A DNA stretch of 63,981 nt, filler included, from Lenisia limosa (lineage: Eukaryota > Protista > Breviatea), in NCBI GenBank assembly GCA_001655205.1. It is 22 parts of 22 records of this genome, joined end to end, with 100 filler letters (N's around TTAATTAATTAA, not from the genome) between each part and the next. Parts side by side here need not be neighbours in the genome. Positions count along the whole stretch, not along the records: positions 7,334 to 11,483 come from LPNZ01008293.1; positions 11,584 to 13,874 come from LPNZ01006708.1; positions 13,975 to 15,315 come from LPNZ01007652.1; positions 15,416 to 16,576 come from LPNZ01002424.1; positions 16,677 to 18,871 come from LPNZ01007088.1; positions 18,972 to 22,495 come from LPNZ01005770.1; positions 22,596 to 25,214 come from LPNZ01004972.1; 15 more parts are not named here. One strand, written 5' to 3'. Below the pieces are notes generated by a model. It did not search any database. It was not told where the DNA came from and saw only the letters and a program-made list of their open reading frames with translations. A program made the translations under genes and the position numbers. Within the stretch, counting starts at the first letter, position 1. Every line of letters starts with the position of its first letter. Of the stretch, positions 11,444 through 23,899 are shown one piece after another.

Positions 11444-13078
11444 ATTATGGGTTTTTATCTTATTGGGGAGGGGTAAGGGATTTNNNNNNNNNNNNNNNNN
11501 NNNNNNNNNNNNNNNNNNNNNNNNNNNTTAATTAATTAANNNNNNNNNNNNNNNNNNNNNNNNNNNNNNNNNNNNNNNNNNNNTGAGGAATCAGAAGGGG
11601 ATCATGGGTGCCATCAGTCTTGAAGCCAACTGCAGTCATTGACCCTTTGAGGACGGAAGGTGCATCTTTGTTTTGATTGACCTACTTGTTCGGACTTGTA
11701 TTTCTGAATGTTGACAGTTGTCGCCAATCACCTCACAATTGCGAATAATTACCCCCCCTGGTGTCATACGTTCAAGGTTATTTGTGCTCTGGTGTTGATT
11801 CATTTTTAACCTCTTATCTAGGTATTTGTTGAGATTGTCAAGGCAACAAATGAGGAAAGTGCACTGTAACACATTACCGCACTATTCCATTACGAGGTGA
11901 GTGACTTTATGCTTTTATAAATAAGTGTGTAAACAGCTCAAAAGTCTTATTTTTGATAGGTGGTGAAGCCCTGGGAAAGCTAAGCAGATCACCAAAGTAC
12001 TTCATGGAGGACCTATTTAGGATTTAAATGCTCTACGCTATGGGCTATTTATAGTTAAACTAACAAGAAAGAATAAAAGTATCAAAAAAAAAAAAGTGAA
12101 TTAATGACACTAATTCGAATTAATGACACAATTTAGGACCTTGAGCCTATATATATGTAGTAATAGGTGGGGGTGGAAAACCCCGACAGGGGGAAAACCT
12201 CGACAGCTCTCAAGAAAATGAATGATGATATTTTCTGTTAAAAAGGATTTGTTTCTTTCCTACAATGGCGTCGGACAAGTTTTTTTCCAAAAAAAATACG
12301 TCAAAACAAAGCAATAAGACTGAAAAATGACTTAAGTCCAACATTTATCGTACTCGTAATTCTTTTTATTCTTTCGAAAATTGCCAAATGTGGTGTTAAC
12401 ATGGTTCTAAATATCATATAATTGCGTTAAAAGAAGAAAAATAATGGGCAAATATGAGGAAATGGGCCAAACAGGGGACTTATTGTTTTGAAAAGTTTGG
12501 TGATCAGAACTCAAAATTTTTGTGATCAGCGATCTTTAACCACTTTTTTTTTATTTTTTTTACCAAGTAAAACACCTTCTAATTTATCAAAATATAGTAT
12601 TAAGTTACATTAATGTCAATTCTTTGGCGCTTTGACGATTTGAAGGACCAGGTGAGGGTTTGTCTTTGTCCCTTGTTAGAACTCCTCCTATAGTGCGCCT
12701 CCATCTGTCTTTATCCAGTTTTTGATAATNNNNNNNNNNTACGACAAAACAAAGCAATAATAAGACTGAAAAATGACTTAAGTCCAACATTTATCGTACT
12801 CGTANNNNNNNNNNAAATTTTACCAATCATTGAAATCTTACTCATTTTCAAGGTACAAATGACTTGGGGCCACTGAGGCTTGCAGTCAGAAGCTGTCCTG
12901 ACTTTGGGTCACTTGCCATTGAGAAAAAATCTCGTCTTTGTACTCCCTTGCGGAGGACAAAGGTGTCCTAGAATACCTTTCTGAGTCCACCGCTGTATAT
13001 CTCCTCAACGTAAGGAGGCAAATTGTTGTATTTACTGATGATAAAAGTCTTTTTTGTGATTTTTTATTAATTGATTAG

Positions 13079-13874
13079 GTGAAACGCAACCAGGTCTCAA
13101 AATATAAAAATGGGGCTATTAAGCGAAGACCTGGACGCACAACATATCTCCATCCAGATATCTCTGACCACTTGCTAAGACTTGTTTTGGAGCGTATTGT
13201 CCGTGGGGAAAACCCAAACATCACGGAGTTGAGAGAAATGGTAGGTGGGTGGTCAGAATATCGTATCCATTTTGTTTGTCTCTTTGTATTGTAGATATTT
13301 CTCTTCACTTATTCTCTATCAGGCCTTTACTACTGCCAAGGAATTCAGCACTATTACCCCTGAGAACCCTCCAAGCAAAGACTGGGCCAAGGATTGGCTC
13401 AAGAAGAATGCTGATATCTTGAAACTTGTGGTTAGTTGGTGATGATCTGATCAAAATAACATTCCATTATTTTCATATATTTTTTTATTATCGTGTCCAC
13501 TTAAGATGGTTATAACCTCTATTGATGTTCATTGACAGTAAACTGAGTAGCATACTACCACTACTATCAATCATACACACTCAATTATTGCATCCCTAAT
13601 GCTTATCGTCACTTGCTCTTACTCTAACAGACACCCAAAATGCTGGACTCTGCCAGGGAGAAAGCATTGACTGAAGGACGTCTGATGCAACAGGCTTCCC
13701 TTGCCTCAGTTATTGACGACAAGTCTTTTCATTCTGGCATGGTCTAGAACATGAACGAGTCCATAGTGGATGTCTCGGCCAATGTAAAGGCGAAAGTTAT
13801 CCAGCTGAAGGATTCGAAGAAGACCTACGGCAAGACCCCCACTCCCCCAAGCCACATCACCTTCATTGGAACGA
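13079..13874 (+). pseudogene. pogo/Tigger-like (CENP-B HTH plus DDE_1) transposase, disrupted and truncated by the contig end
   Basis: Spliced RRPGRTTYLHPDISDHLLRLVLERIVRGENPNITELREM|AFTTAKE...PSKDWAKDWLKKN resembles the CENP-B-type HTH. Downstream, V*NMNES corresponds to the N.DET first-catalytic-Asp motif but has an in-frame TAG and a D-to-N change. Confidence 0.65.
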
Positions 13875-14706
13875 NNNNNNNNNNNNNNNNNNNNNNNNNN
13901 NNNNNNNNNNNNNNNNNNTTAATTAATTAANNNNNNNNNNNNNNNNNNNNNNNNNNNNNNNNNNNNNNNNNNNNAAACCGAGGAGCAGCAAAAACTCTTT
14001 GAGGTTGCAGGTGGGGGTGGAGGTAGTGTGCCAGGTACATGTATTTATGATATACTAGTATATGATATATATTTTCCATTTAAATTCCCATTTTATATTT
14101 CTCAAAATCAACATAATTCTCATGGAAACATATTATCCATGTCAACATATGTATCACATTTGTCAAACACCATATTTCTTGAAAGGATAGACTGGAAATA
14201 GGGCTTCAGTTACAAAGCGGGATTTTTGAGAAATGTGTACAAGCTATATAGAAGTAATTTATTATTGTATATCTTTTCACAAACTATTTTCCATGTCTAA
14301 GAAATAAATTCACGATTTCAACATAAGTTGACTTCTTCAGTTTCGGCCGTCCTACCTTATTTCGAGTCTAATTTAATGACACAATGCCGCACTGAGGCAC
14401 GGCGAATGAAAGCCAATAGACAGTCTCAGGTGAGGGCTATATACAGTGACCGGGATGATTTCCCAAGGAAAATCGGTCAAGACTTATCCTAGTCTATGTA
14501 CATATTTCTCATCTCTATTACTGGGAAAGTAGGTGATGAAATCATAATCGGTGTATTTATATTCTTTTTGGGGGCATAATAATTATTTTTAGGGATGCAA
14601 ATGATACTATTATTTATAATTTAATCCTTAACATCATCATCTTCTTCCTTTTCTTCATCGTCATCATCTTTATCATCATCACATCACCACCATGACTCCC
14701 ACCGCA

Positions 14707-14790
14707 GGATTTCAGAGAATTTGCTGTTGAAGACCCCCGCATGGGGTGGCTCCGTAGGCGCGAGGAGATACTCAGACAGAAATTACCAAA
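14707..14790 (+). CDS. Exon of an unidentified spliced gene (contig 13975-15359)
   Basis: AG|DFREFAVEDPRMGWLRRREEILRQKLP|GTGAGT. Other short candidate exons lie near 13975-14034 and 14385-14429. Confidence 0.4.
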
Positions 14791-15739
14791 GTGAGTAGTT
14801 CTTCACTTTGGTTCGGAAAATACCGGTAAATTATGGAGAGTTTTTGAATATTTATTGAGAAATTCAGTTTTTATTTTTTGAACCGAAGTGAAGCCCTATG
14901 TGGAAATTTTTAATGAAATGGAAGGGTGTGTGTGTTGTCAGCCAACAGAGTTGATTTTGGGCTTTTTTTTTTGTTTCATAGATTTTCCAATTTTANNNNN
15001 NNNNNNNNNNNNNNNNNNNNNNNNNNNNNNNNNNNNNNNNNNNNNNNNNNNNNNNNNNNNNNNNNNNNNNNNNNNNNNNNNNNNNNNNNNNNNNNNNNNN
15101 NNNNNNNNNNNNNNNNNNNNNNNNNNNNNNNNNNNACTAGCAGGGTTATTTTCCAATTGATAAGTACCTTTAGGCCAATAGTCTTCATCGAATTTCCTTC
15201 GTTTTCTAGGCACCCATCCCCTTCCGCTTTGTTTTTGGGCCTTTTTTGTTTCATAAATTATCCTATTTCACCATCACCCCTCCCCTTATTTCCTTCGTTT
15301 TACACCCCCCCCCCCNNNNNNNNNNNNNNNNNNNNNNNNNNNNNNNNNNNNNNNNNNNNTTAATTAATTAANNNNNNNNNNNNNNNNNNNNNNNNNNNNN
15401 NNNNNNNNNNNNNNNAACATATTCCCACATTTTACAAGTTCCAATGTTACAGAAACACGTAATAGATAATACTTCATCACAAGTAAAATCTGCACGCATG
15501 GGGTTCAATATCATGTTCGACCTGCTAAGTAAAACGATAGTATCACTGTTGGAAACGCGAATGGAATGGAAATGACGGACAACATGAGCGCGAAAAACCA
15601 GTCGGTAGGAGGAATTGTTGATAGACACTGAAGCGTTATAGTTATTCCTTAGTTTTGGATTTCTGTATCATGCTTCACGTTTTTGGGACAGATGATGTTC
15701 AAAAAAGCAGGTTAATGGGGTAAATTGACCAAACATCTG

Positions 15740-16229
15740 TTATTTCAACATCATCATAAACACTACTCCAAGGAGTGAGTAACAGATACCCAGTCGAATT
15801 TGTAGTCAGAGGAAAGGTGACCTTCGTGTTTCTTCTGGGGGGGCGGGGTAAAAATTGGAAAATTTATGAAACAAGAGGCCCAAAATCAACTCTGTTGGCT
15901 GACAGCACACGAGGGTTGGGTTGGTAACAACCAAGCAGCAAAACAAAAATTAAACATATTTTTTTGAACATAAATACTTAGACTGTTAAAGACTGTCGTA
16001 TTATCATATGATAATATATGATATGTACTATATTACTATTAATATACTATCGATATCGTATCAAATAGTTAAAATGAACAAACCTTGGGGAACTTCTCTT
16101 CGGCAACAGACCAGTTGTAAGGGGGGATACCGTCATCTTCGTTGTGCGTGGGACCGTTGATTGTCAAATAGCCGAGATGCTGGGGGTATTGAATAAAGGG
16201 GCCGAGGTTCTTCTGGGGATATCCAACAA
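15740..16229 (-). CDS. Phospholipase B-like (PLBD1/PLBD2 family), C-terminal exons
   Basis: Spliced LTINGPTHNEDDGIPPYNWSVAEEKFPK|KKHEGHLSSDYKFDWV matches the family C-terminal pattern GPT...PPF.WS...H.G.P..F.F.W, recalled from memory. Confidence 0.7.
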
Positions 16230-16283
16230 CTATGATAATGTAATTGAATTTCGCGTCGATAACATGTCATCAAGGGAATCAGA

Positions 16284-16455
16284 TGAGCATTGATGAGACT
16301 TATCGGTCAATATACACTCGTATGATAATTGACCGACAAGACTCAATGATACTCTGATACACTCGGGATGAACCCCCGTGCTATCTTCATTCATTTCGAC
16401 TCGCAAGTCGGTCATATGATCATATCACTAGTGGATATGGGTTAACATGGATTTA
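16284..16455 (+). repeat. Family D dispersed repeat, about 170 bp
   Basis: CACTCGTATGATAATTGACCGACAAGACTCAATGATACTCTGATACACTCG...CATATCACTAGTGGATA recurs at 18972-19115 and 44868-44970 (rc). The 3' part recurs near 1310-1358 and 22030-22090. Confidence 0.8.
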
Positions 16456-16699
16456 AATTGAGTCAAAAACCCAAAAATAACAGAATTGGTAAGCGAGATA
16501 TAATGACGAGAAAAAAGGCGTTAGGCCAGAGGCTCTGGATAAAGGCCTTTATTCCCCCAACGAAAAAAGCCTTCTTNNNNNNNNNNNNNNNNNNNNNNNN
16601 NNNNNNNNNNNNNNNNNNNNTTAATTAATTAANNNNNNNNNNNNNNNNNNNNNNNNNNNNNNNNNNNNNNNNNNNNCTCCCCACCTATCTACGCTACAT

Positions 16700-17720
16700 C
16701 AAGGAGTCTCTGACTGACAGTGCGTTTGTCTCACCTCCAACATCAAGCGCTACTTCGGCTTTGTCATTGGGAATGGTGTTTGCCCAGTCCAATATCAAGG
16801 ATACCTGGACCCAGATAACTGGGCCACCTATTGCCCATTCCTGTCGTCCACTTGCGGACTCGATTCTTTGAGATCAACCATGTGCTTTTTTTCGCTGCAA
16901 GGTCTGAGATGTCTGCCGACAATCCCATAGCCAAGATCCGTCCCTTCCTCACCGCCGACACTTCCGTCTGGCGCGATGCTTATGACCCCCCACGCCATCT
17001 TGCCATTGATGACAAATGATTGCTACAAAGTCCAAGTACGTCATGTTCAAGGTTGGTTAAGTGTGATTTTATTTGTATTCGCGGGGATTCTTTTTTGATG
17101 TCACGCTTGGTTAATTTTTGTGATTCCGGTCAAAAGAAGCCAATTTCATCGGGCATCAGGGTCTACGCCATTGCAAGAGAAGGCCGTTACGTCTTTGACA
17201 CCTCTTTCAACGAGCCGACGGGACCAAGATCAGTGAACACGTCCTGAAGCTCGTCAAGACTCTCACCGCTGAAGTCCACATCATTGCCCTTGACAACCTG
17301 TTTACTTCAACTACGCTCTTCAAGTCCCTCAAGTCTCAAGGTATTAATGCATGTGGAACGAACCGCAACGGAAGAGGCGCCGCCTAAGGTACATGATGTC
17401 ATCGCCATTGACCGATATCAACCGTTACTGTACGTGATCAAAACGTTTTAAAACACCAGCCAGTTATTTATCTTCGACTTCAATTCTCCTTCGGTATCAG
17501 GCTTTTGGATAGTATACGGGATAGTGACCAGGTGATATCAGTACCACTGACTTTGTTTACATTTTTAGATGGGAGTGGTTGTCAATGCGCAAACCATCAA
17601 AAGGAAAATACAACAAAATGATCCCAAGCAGCGGGGTTCTATCACTCTGGCAAGACGATTGATTGCTCAAGAAAAACCACCGACTTCTCTTGATGACAAT
17701 CGACAGAGGGCTACACAGGT
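16700..17720 (+). pseudogene. piggyBac (DDE_Tnp_1_7/PGBD-like) transposase remnant
   Basis: Frameshift-joined motifs IKRYFGFVIGMVFAQSNIKDTW, TRFFEINHVLFF..DNPIAKIRPF..AYDPPRHLAIDDK, KKPISSGIRVYA, LDNLFTSTTLFKSLKSQGINACGTNRNG and GVLSLWQD follow the canonical piggyBac order. Several stops and frameshifts are present. Confidence 0.82.
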
Positions 17721-17821
17721 TGGGGTGATGGGGTGATGTTTGTGTTGTTTTTAGATTTTTAAAAGTAAACATAAATATAATTCAATCGTATCTCTTTTGT
17801 TGTTTTAAGTGACATACTTAG

Positions 17822-18870
17822 CCAGAAAATGTACTCCAAATGGCACGCCTCTTCAATGGTGCAAAAAGGATTTGGGCACACTGTCGAAACGTATCTAAGA
17901 TGTCAAAGTCGAAGAATATGGATGTGATTGAGAAGGCTGGAGTGAAGGCCTTCCATGTCTCTCTTACAATTGAGTATCTTATTTCTCGAATAGTTGAAGC
18001 TTCCAGATACATCATGGACAAGGAGTTTGAAAAGGGTATGCTGCGATTTGTACCTTTTTTTTGCAACAACACTTCTGAAAACATAGTTACTTAAACTAAC
18101 TTTAGCAGCATCCGAGTCTCTCAACGCCCCGCTTAGCCCTTTTTGCAAAAAATTTGAGAGTGATGCCGTGAAAATCCTTGGTAAAACGTACAAATTGCTA
18201 AGAAATCAGTGTAAAAAGGTGAGCTTTTTTATATTGATTATTCACATTTTTTTTAAAACATTTTCTTTTGACAACGTAGCATATTGAAGAAAAGGACTCG
18301 AAAAAAGGATACAAGGATATTGAAGCCGCCTTCAGCTTGCTCAAACAAGTTACCCCACAGCACCCCGTACCCCCAAGTCGGATTCTTTTCGGCGACGAAA
18401 TTGCATGGATGAAGTCATATTGGGAGGGAGTCAAGGGTGATCCAATGGCCTCTGCTTTAACTCTGAGTACACTGGAAGGACAGCTGATGGAGTCTTCTAT
18501 CGTGATTGGAGGAGAGCAGATNNNNNNNNNNTTTCACAGGCTGCTGCCAAGGAGAAGAAAGAAGAAAAGAAAGATTGGAGATACTGGATCAGAAGAAATT
18601 GAAAAGATTGTGAAATGGTTAAATGAACACTCACCTGAAGAGACACTCAGAATGGAAGAACCCAGTTCTGCCGCTCAAAACGCTCCTCGAAAACATACTA
18701 TGAGACTTCTTGGAGTGAATTCTAGCGCTTTCTTCAATTCTGAGGCTCTCATGCTGACATTCGAACGTCTACACCAAAGAATGAAATCCACTTCGACAAC
18801 CCTCTCGTTGCTGTGCTTGATGGGGCCAGGGTTCATGTCTCTGCTGATGTATGATGGGTCTTGCTATTAG
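17822..18870 (+). CDS. Hypothetical spliced protein downstream of the piggyBac remnant
   Basis: Open exons with GT-AG ends: PENVLQMARLFNGAKRIWAHCRNVSK...DKEFEK, AASESLNAPLSPFCKKFESDAVKIL and HIEEKDSKKGYKDIEAAFSLLKQVTPQH... Confidence 0.55.
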
Positions 18871-19429
18871 TNNNNNNNNNNNNNNNNNNNNNNNNNNNNN
18901 NNNNNNNNNNNNNNNTTAATTAATTAANNNNNNNNNNNNNNNNNNNNNNNNNNNNNNNNNNNNNNNNNNNNCACTCGTATGATAATTGACCGACAAGTCT
19001 CAATGATCCTCTGATATACTCGGAATGAACCCTCGTGTTATCTTCGTTCATCATTTCGACTCGAAATTCGGAAATATGATAACTTCACTTGTGGATATGA
19101 GTCAATAAATATACTCCCATAGCGTGAAATCAAAAACAAGGATGAAAAAAGACCAATCTGATCGCTGTTTGAGCGAAAGTATACAATATTTATTGACATG
19201 ATGGCTCTTCCAAGTACNNNNNNNNNNNNNNNNNNNNNNNNNNNNNNNNNNNNNNNNNNNNNNNNNNNNNNNNNNNNNNNNNNNNNNNNNNNNNNNNNNN
19301 NNNNNNNNNNNNNNNNNNNNNNNNNNNNNNNNNNNNNNNNNNNNNNNNNNNNNNNNNNNNNNNNNNNNNNNNNNNNNNNNNNNNNNNNNNNNNNNNNNNN
19401 NNNNNNNNNNNNNNNNNNNNNNNNNNTTC

Positions 19430-21428
19430 TGCCATCCCACCCACTGGTCTTGAAAACCATAGGAACAAGGGGATAGTTGCTCGTCGAGTAGTTGTAAGAC
19501 CTCCCGTTCGCATTGAAGGTCCTAAGGAAATTACCAATAAATTACTAGGGATTCACTCTGGCTGAAAAAACCGATACAACGTTGATAGTTTTCGGAGATT
19601 TATTGGATATTCAGTCGTTTTAATCAGAAGAATTTCCTAATTTCCTAAAAAATTATCAATGAAATACCAAAGAAAATTACCCGCTCTGGACCCCCCAAAA
19701 TCTCCCCTTGAGTTGACATAGAGGATACAGGGTGTAAATTCCCGAGGAAATCATCCTATTACCCCCTTTACCATGCAAGAGCACTTGAGGCAACCATGTA
19801 GGTCATATGCTGCAAACGGTGAAGACAGGGGGTTGGAATTGGCCAAGGCAGTTAAAGCAGCACAGAAGATTATTTTGACCTGGAATTCTCATGTAGTATT
19901 TGGAAATCATCATATCTTGGATGTCCATTGATAAGGATTTCCAAATACTATGACTAATTATATGAAAATCCCAAACTAATGCAGCGTAGTCTCAACAACC
20001 TAGAAACCCCCCCCCCNNNNNNNNNNNNNNNNNNNNNNNNNNNNNNNNNNNNNNNNNNNNNNNNNNNNNNNNNNNNNNNNNNNNNNNNNNNNNNNNNNNN
20101 NNNNNNNNNNNNNNNNNNNNNNNNNNNNNNNNNNNNNNNNNNNNNNNNNNNNNNNNNATCCTCGACAACTATCGATATTTTACCCGTCTTTTTCGAACCG
20201 AAGTGAAGACCGAAATGCAACACAGTGTTGACACCCCCAGGCCAACAGTTGAGTTGCCAACCGGTTCGATCTGAACCTGGTCTCTGCCTAGATAGAGATA
20301 CGAGCTCGTAAGTTTCAAATAGAGCTCCCCATCTACAATAGTCAAAAGTAGTACCCTATACAGGCTAATTGTATACTAGGGCTTCACTTCGGTTCGAAAA
20401 TAGACTGAATTTCTCGATAAATCCTCGAAAACTATCGAGTGTAGACACCCACACACAACCACATTACCCCCCACCACCACCACCACCACACACAGAGAGA
20501 GAGACATAGACAGACATACAGTGACCGGGAAAACTCTTGACCAATTTGCTATATGATAGGAAAATCAGTCAAGACTTATCCAGGTCAATGCATATTAGCC
20601 ACTTCCCCCATGATCACAAACCCGATTGGCTAAACCCTTGAAGAATAATGAGTTCACTCGGCGGCAGCTCAAGAACTTCAATATGGAACCTGGAAAATCA
20701 CGAGACATAGAAAAATGAAGGGTAAAATATAAACAGGATAATACCAAAAAAATTGCCGCTAAAAAAAATAAAACTGAGAGTGGTTTGAATAGTCCGCAAA
20801 ATATATATATTATAGCAATAGATGTAATATTTATCAATGATTATGTACGAAAAAGACAGGTGAAATATCGAAATTTATTAAGGATTTCCTGAGAAATTCA
20901 CAGTTTTTTTTTTATGCAAGATAAAATCCACTTACATAGCTCCTTGATCGAGACTGTTTGGCATGTGCGAATCGCAAAAAACAACTGATAGGTTAGAAAA
21001 TAAACAAATATGCACAACATTGGTGGCGAAGTAGCCCTGTTTGTTACGAGGGGGGTAGCGAAGTATCGTTTGTATATTAATTTGACTGTAACACATGCAG
21101 CCCCCAAAGAAAAGCACACTCGGAAGCAATAAACAAATAGAATGACATATGAATTACATTAACATTCTCACTCATGACATGTTGGGAAACAAGAAACTAT
21201 TGTCTTTACTCTTATTATTTCTCAATATTTCTCATGTGAAAACATACTGTTGTTGTGTGGCACAAAAAACGTTCTCCCGGCATTCATAGTAAACGTGAAG
21301 TCGCATGTTTTGGTGTTGAAAACCGCCCCATCTCGAAGGAACACGTTATGAACCTCATAGCTGCTGGTTGCTGCGTAGGTGCGGAAGACGACAAGCAAAC
21401 AGAGAAACCATATAGCGCGCAAGTGCAT
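19430..21428 (-). CDS. Putative secreted protein, multi-exon
   Basis: First exon MHLRAIWFLCLLVVFRTYAATSSYEVHNVFLRDGAVFNTKTCDFTF has a signal-peptide-like N-terminus. Downstream exon assignments are tentative. Confidence 0.5.
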
Positions 21429-23899
21429 ACTGGGAGGATATTAGATTAGAAGAATGACTAATTCTCCAAGCCAACCTGATCTCCTGTAGCAGAGACTGAG
21501 CCAAAAAGGCCCAGCGAAGCCTCCTCAGGCAATGATATCACAATAAAGCAAGGTAACACACTTGTGGTCAGCTAATACTTAGATGGTTCTCAAGTGACAA
21601 AGGTTGATCCGAGAGAATACAATGGCTGCTGTTTTTGGAGCTTTGGCGCGAGATAAAAGTGTGTAACTCACGTTTAACTAGTTGTAGAAGTAGGTAGAAA
21701 TATAGAAAGAGAATGAGGAGATGAGACTGAGATTAGAAAAAGAACAAATGGAACAAAACAAAGAGCGCTCATTTGGCTGATCAAGAGATCTTTGCATTAT
21801 AGCTCTGTTTTCCTTTTTGCTTTTCCTTTATCCTCTCCTTCATAACAAATCAACAAATAGTAAAACTAATAAAAACAAATCTGGAACGAATACTGAAAAA
21901 CGCGCATAAGCACTCTTCACTCGACTCTCGACTTCTCGAACACACCTCGCAACCAGCGATCTTTGATCTGACTTGTAGTCATGAGGAGACCGAATGTTAG
22001 AGCCGGTGCATGCCGAGAACTCTATTTCTCGACACGAAACACTCGAAAGTCAGTTGTAATCATATCACTAGTGAACATGGATTAATATATCATGATACAG
22101 TGACTGTGGGTAGTCAGCGATTTGTTGTATATGGCCAAAGCCATCCCCTCATTGAGATTTCTCAATTCTATTACTGTTTCCAAATTCCAGTCGCACGAAG
22201 AATAGATAAAATACATATATAATAAAACGGGAAAAAAATTAGAAAAGACGTCTCCGAGAAAACGCCCTTTAGTTGTTCATGAGAACAGCAACATGATTCT
22301 TGCCGGCTACAACCTAGAGAATTCAAAAGGGGTGGAACATGATTCTTGGGTGGCAAAACAAACAAATCACTCCAACAAACAAAGCCCAGAGTCACTTCTG
22401 CAGCCACATCCCGTCACTCCAAACAAAGCCCAGGCAGTCACTTCCGCATCCCCTAGCGTACATGTTGCAGAGAGATGAATACGGGGGGGTTGGGGNNNNN
22501 NNNNNNNNNNNNNNNNNNNNNNNNNNNNNNNNNNNNNNNTTAATTAATTAANNNNNNNNNNNNNNNNNNNNNNNNNNNNNNNNNNNNNNNNNNNNAAATA
22601 AACAAGCAGTAACAAACACGAGCAGCCCTGAAAACATGAAATTATTTTATCATTCAGCTGGGACATATGTCTTGAGCTTATAAACAAATAAAACGCTTTG
22701 CTAGTCAAATTTTAACTTTTATAATTGTCGTAAAAATATACACTCATTTTATGTGTCGTGTGCCAGCGATATTATCACATGAAAAACATTCAATGATGAC
22801 ACCAAAAAGTTACCCCCCCTCCCATGAAGGAAATTACGGGTCCTTAGTGTACAAGGTATCCAATAACCTTGTTGGATGTGAAAAATGAATAAAAAAAAGA
22901 AAAAAAAAAGATATAAACAAACCCCCCCCCCNNNNNNNNNNNNNNNNNNNNNNNNNNNNNNNNNNNNNNNNNNNNNNNNNNNNNNNNNNNNNNNNNNNNN
23001 NNNNNNNNNNNNNNNNNNNNNNNNNNNNNNNNNNNNNNNNNNNNNNNNNNNNNNNNNNNNNNNNNNNNNNNNNGGGGGTCTTCAACCGGAGGTTCATCCT
23101 GGGAAATGAAAATAAAAACTAAAAATCAACTCGGATGGTTGAATAATTGATTACCACATGAGGGTTGAAAACATGAAAACAAAAAAAGAACAGGCCAGTC
23201 CTATGTGACAAACAAACAAAAAAAATCACCAAAAACAAAATACCAACTCAATTAGATGTGCAGTGACAGTCGTTAGTTTTGATTAGGGTTTCACTTCGCT
23301 TACAGAAAAAGACTGAATTCTCGATAAATTCCCGAAAGCTATAGATATTTTACCGCTATATATGGTACCGAAGTGAAGCCCTAGCTTTGATTGATATAAT
23401 CATATTTCGTACATACAACTGCGACAACCAATAGTGAAGGGGGGGGGGGAGNNNNNNNNNNNNNNNNNNNNNNNNNNNNNNNNNNNNNNNNNNNNNNNNN
23501 NNNNNNNNNNNNNNNNNNNNNNNNNNNNNNNNNNNNNNNNNNNNNNNNNNNNNNNNNNNNNNNNNAAAACAGTAAAATATCGATAGATTTCGAGAGAATT
23601 TCAGGCTTTTTTCGAACCAAAGTGAAGCCCAAATAATACCACATAAAAATACATAAAGCATTGATAGTTTTCGAAGATTTATAGAAAACCAGTCATTATT
23701 TTTTTAACCAAAGTAGAACCCGCTGAACTTTGAACCCCAACTTAGTGCTATATTATACATATGATACATAAATATGTTCATGTATGTATATCGATGAGAA
23801 ATAAAACTACTAAGGTTGTATCTGGCCGAAGCATTTGCCAAACAACTCTGTGCACTGTGCTATATTTTGCACAAGATTATTTTATAGCTAGCTAGACTA

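Noticed and set aside
11584-11900. Possible additional pogo DDE fragment (FLNVDS...LPP)
   Set aside because: The similarity is too weak and needs several frameshifts, so it cannot be supported by eye.
12298-12804. About 60-bp direct repeat (12298-12357 and 12740-12804)
   Set aside because: The second copy is bounded by two 10-N gaps, so it is most likely a scaffolding or gap-filling duplication.
14888-15363. ORFs containing LSANRVDFG/CQPTELILG-type peptides, which recur in many ORF-track entries
   Set aside because: These are translations of the family C repeat and of N runs, not a protein family.
20260-20290. GGTTCGA(T/A) B-box/T-loop-like words here, at about 40337, and in family A
   Set aside because: No cloverleaf or A-box is present. 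The motif lies within exons or within a MITE TIR, so no tRNA or tRNA-derived SINE is called.
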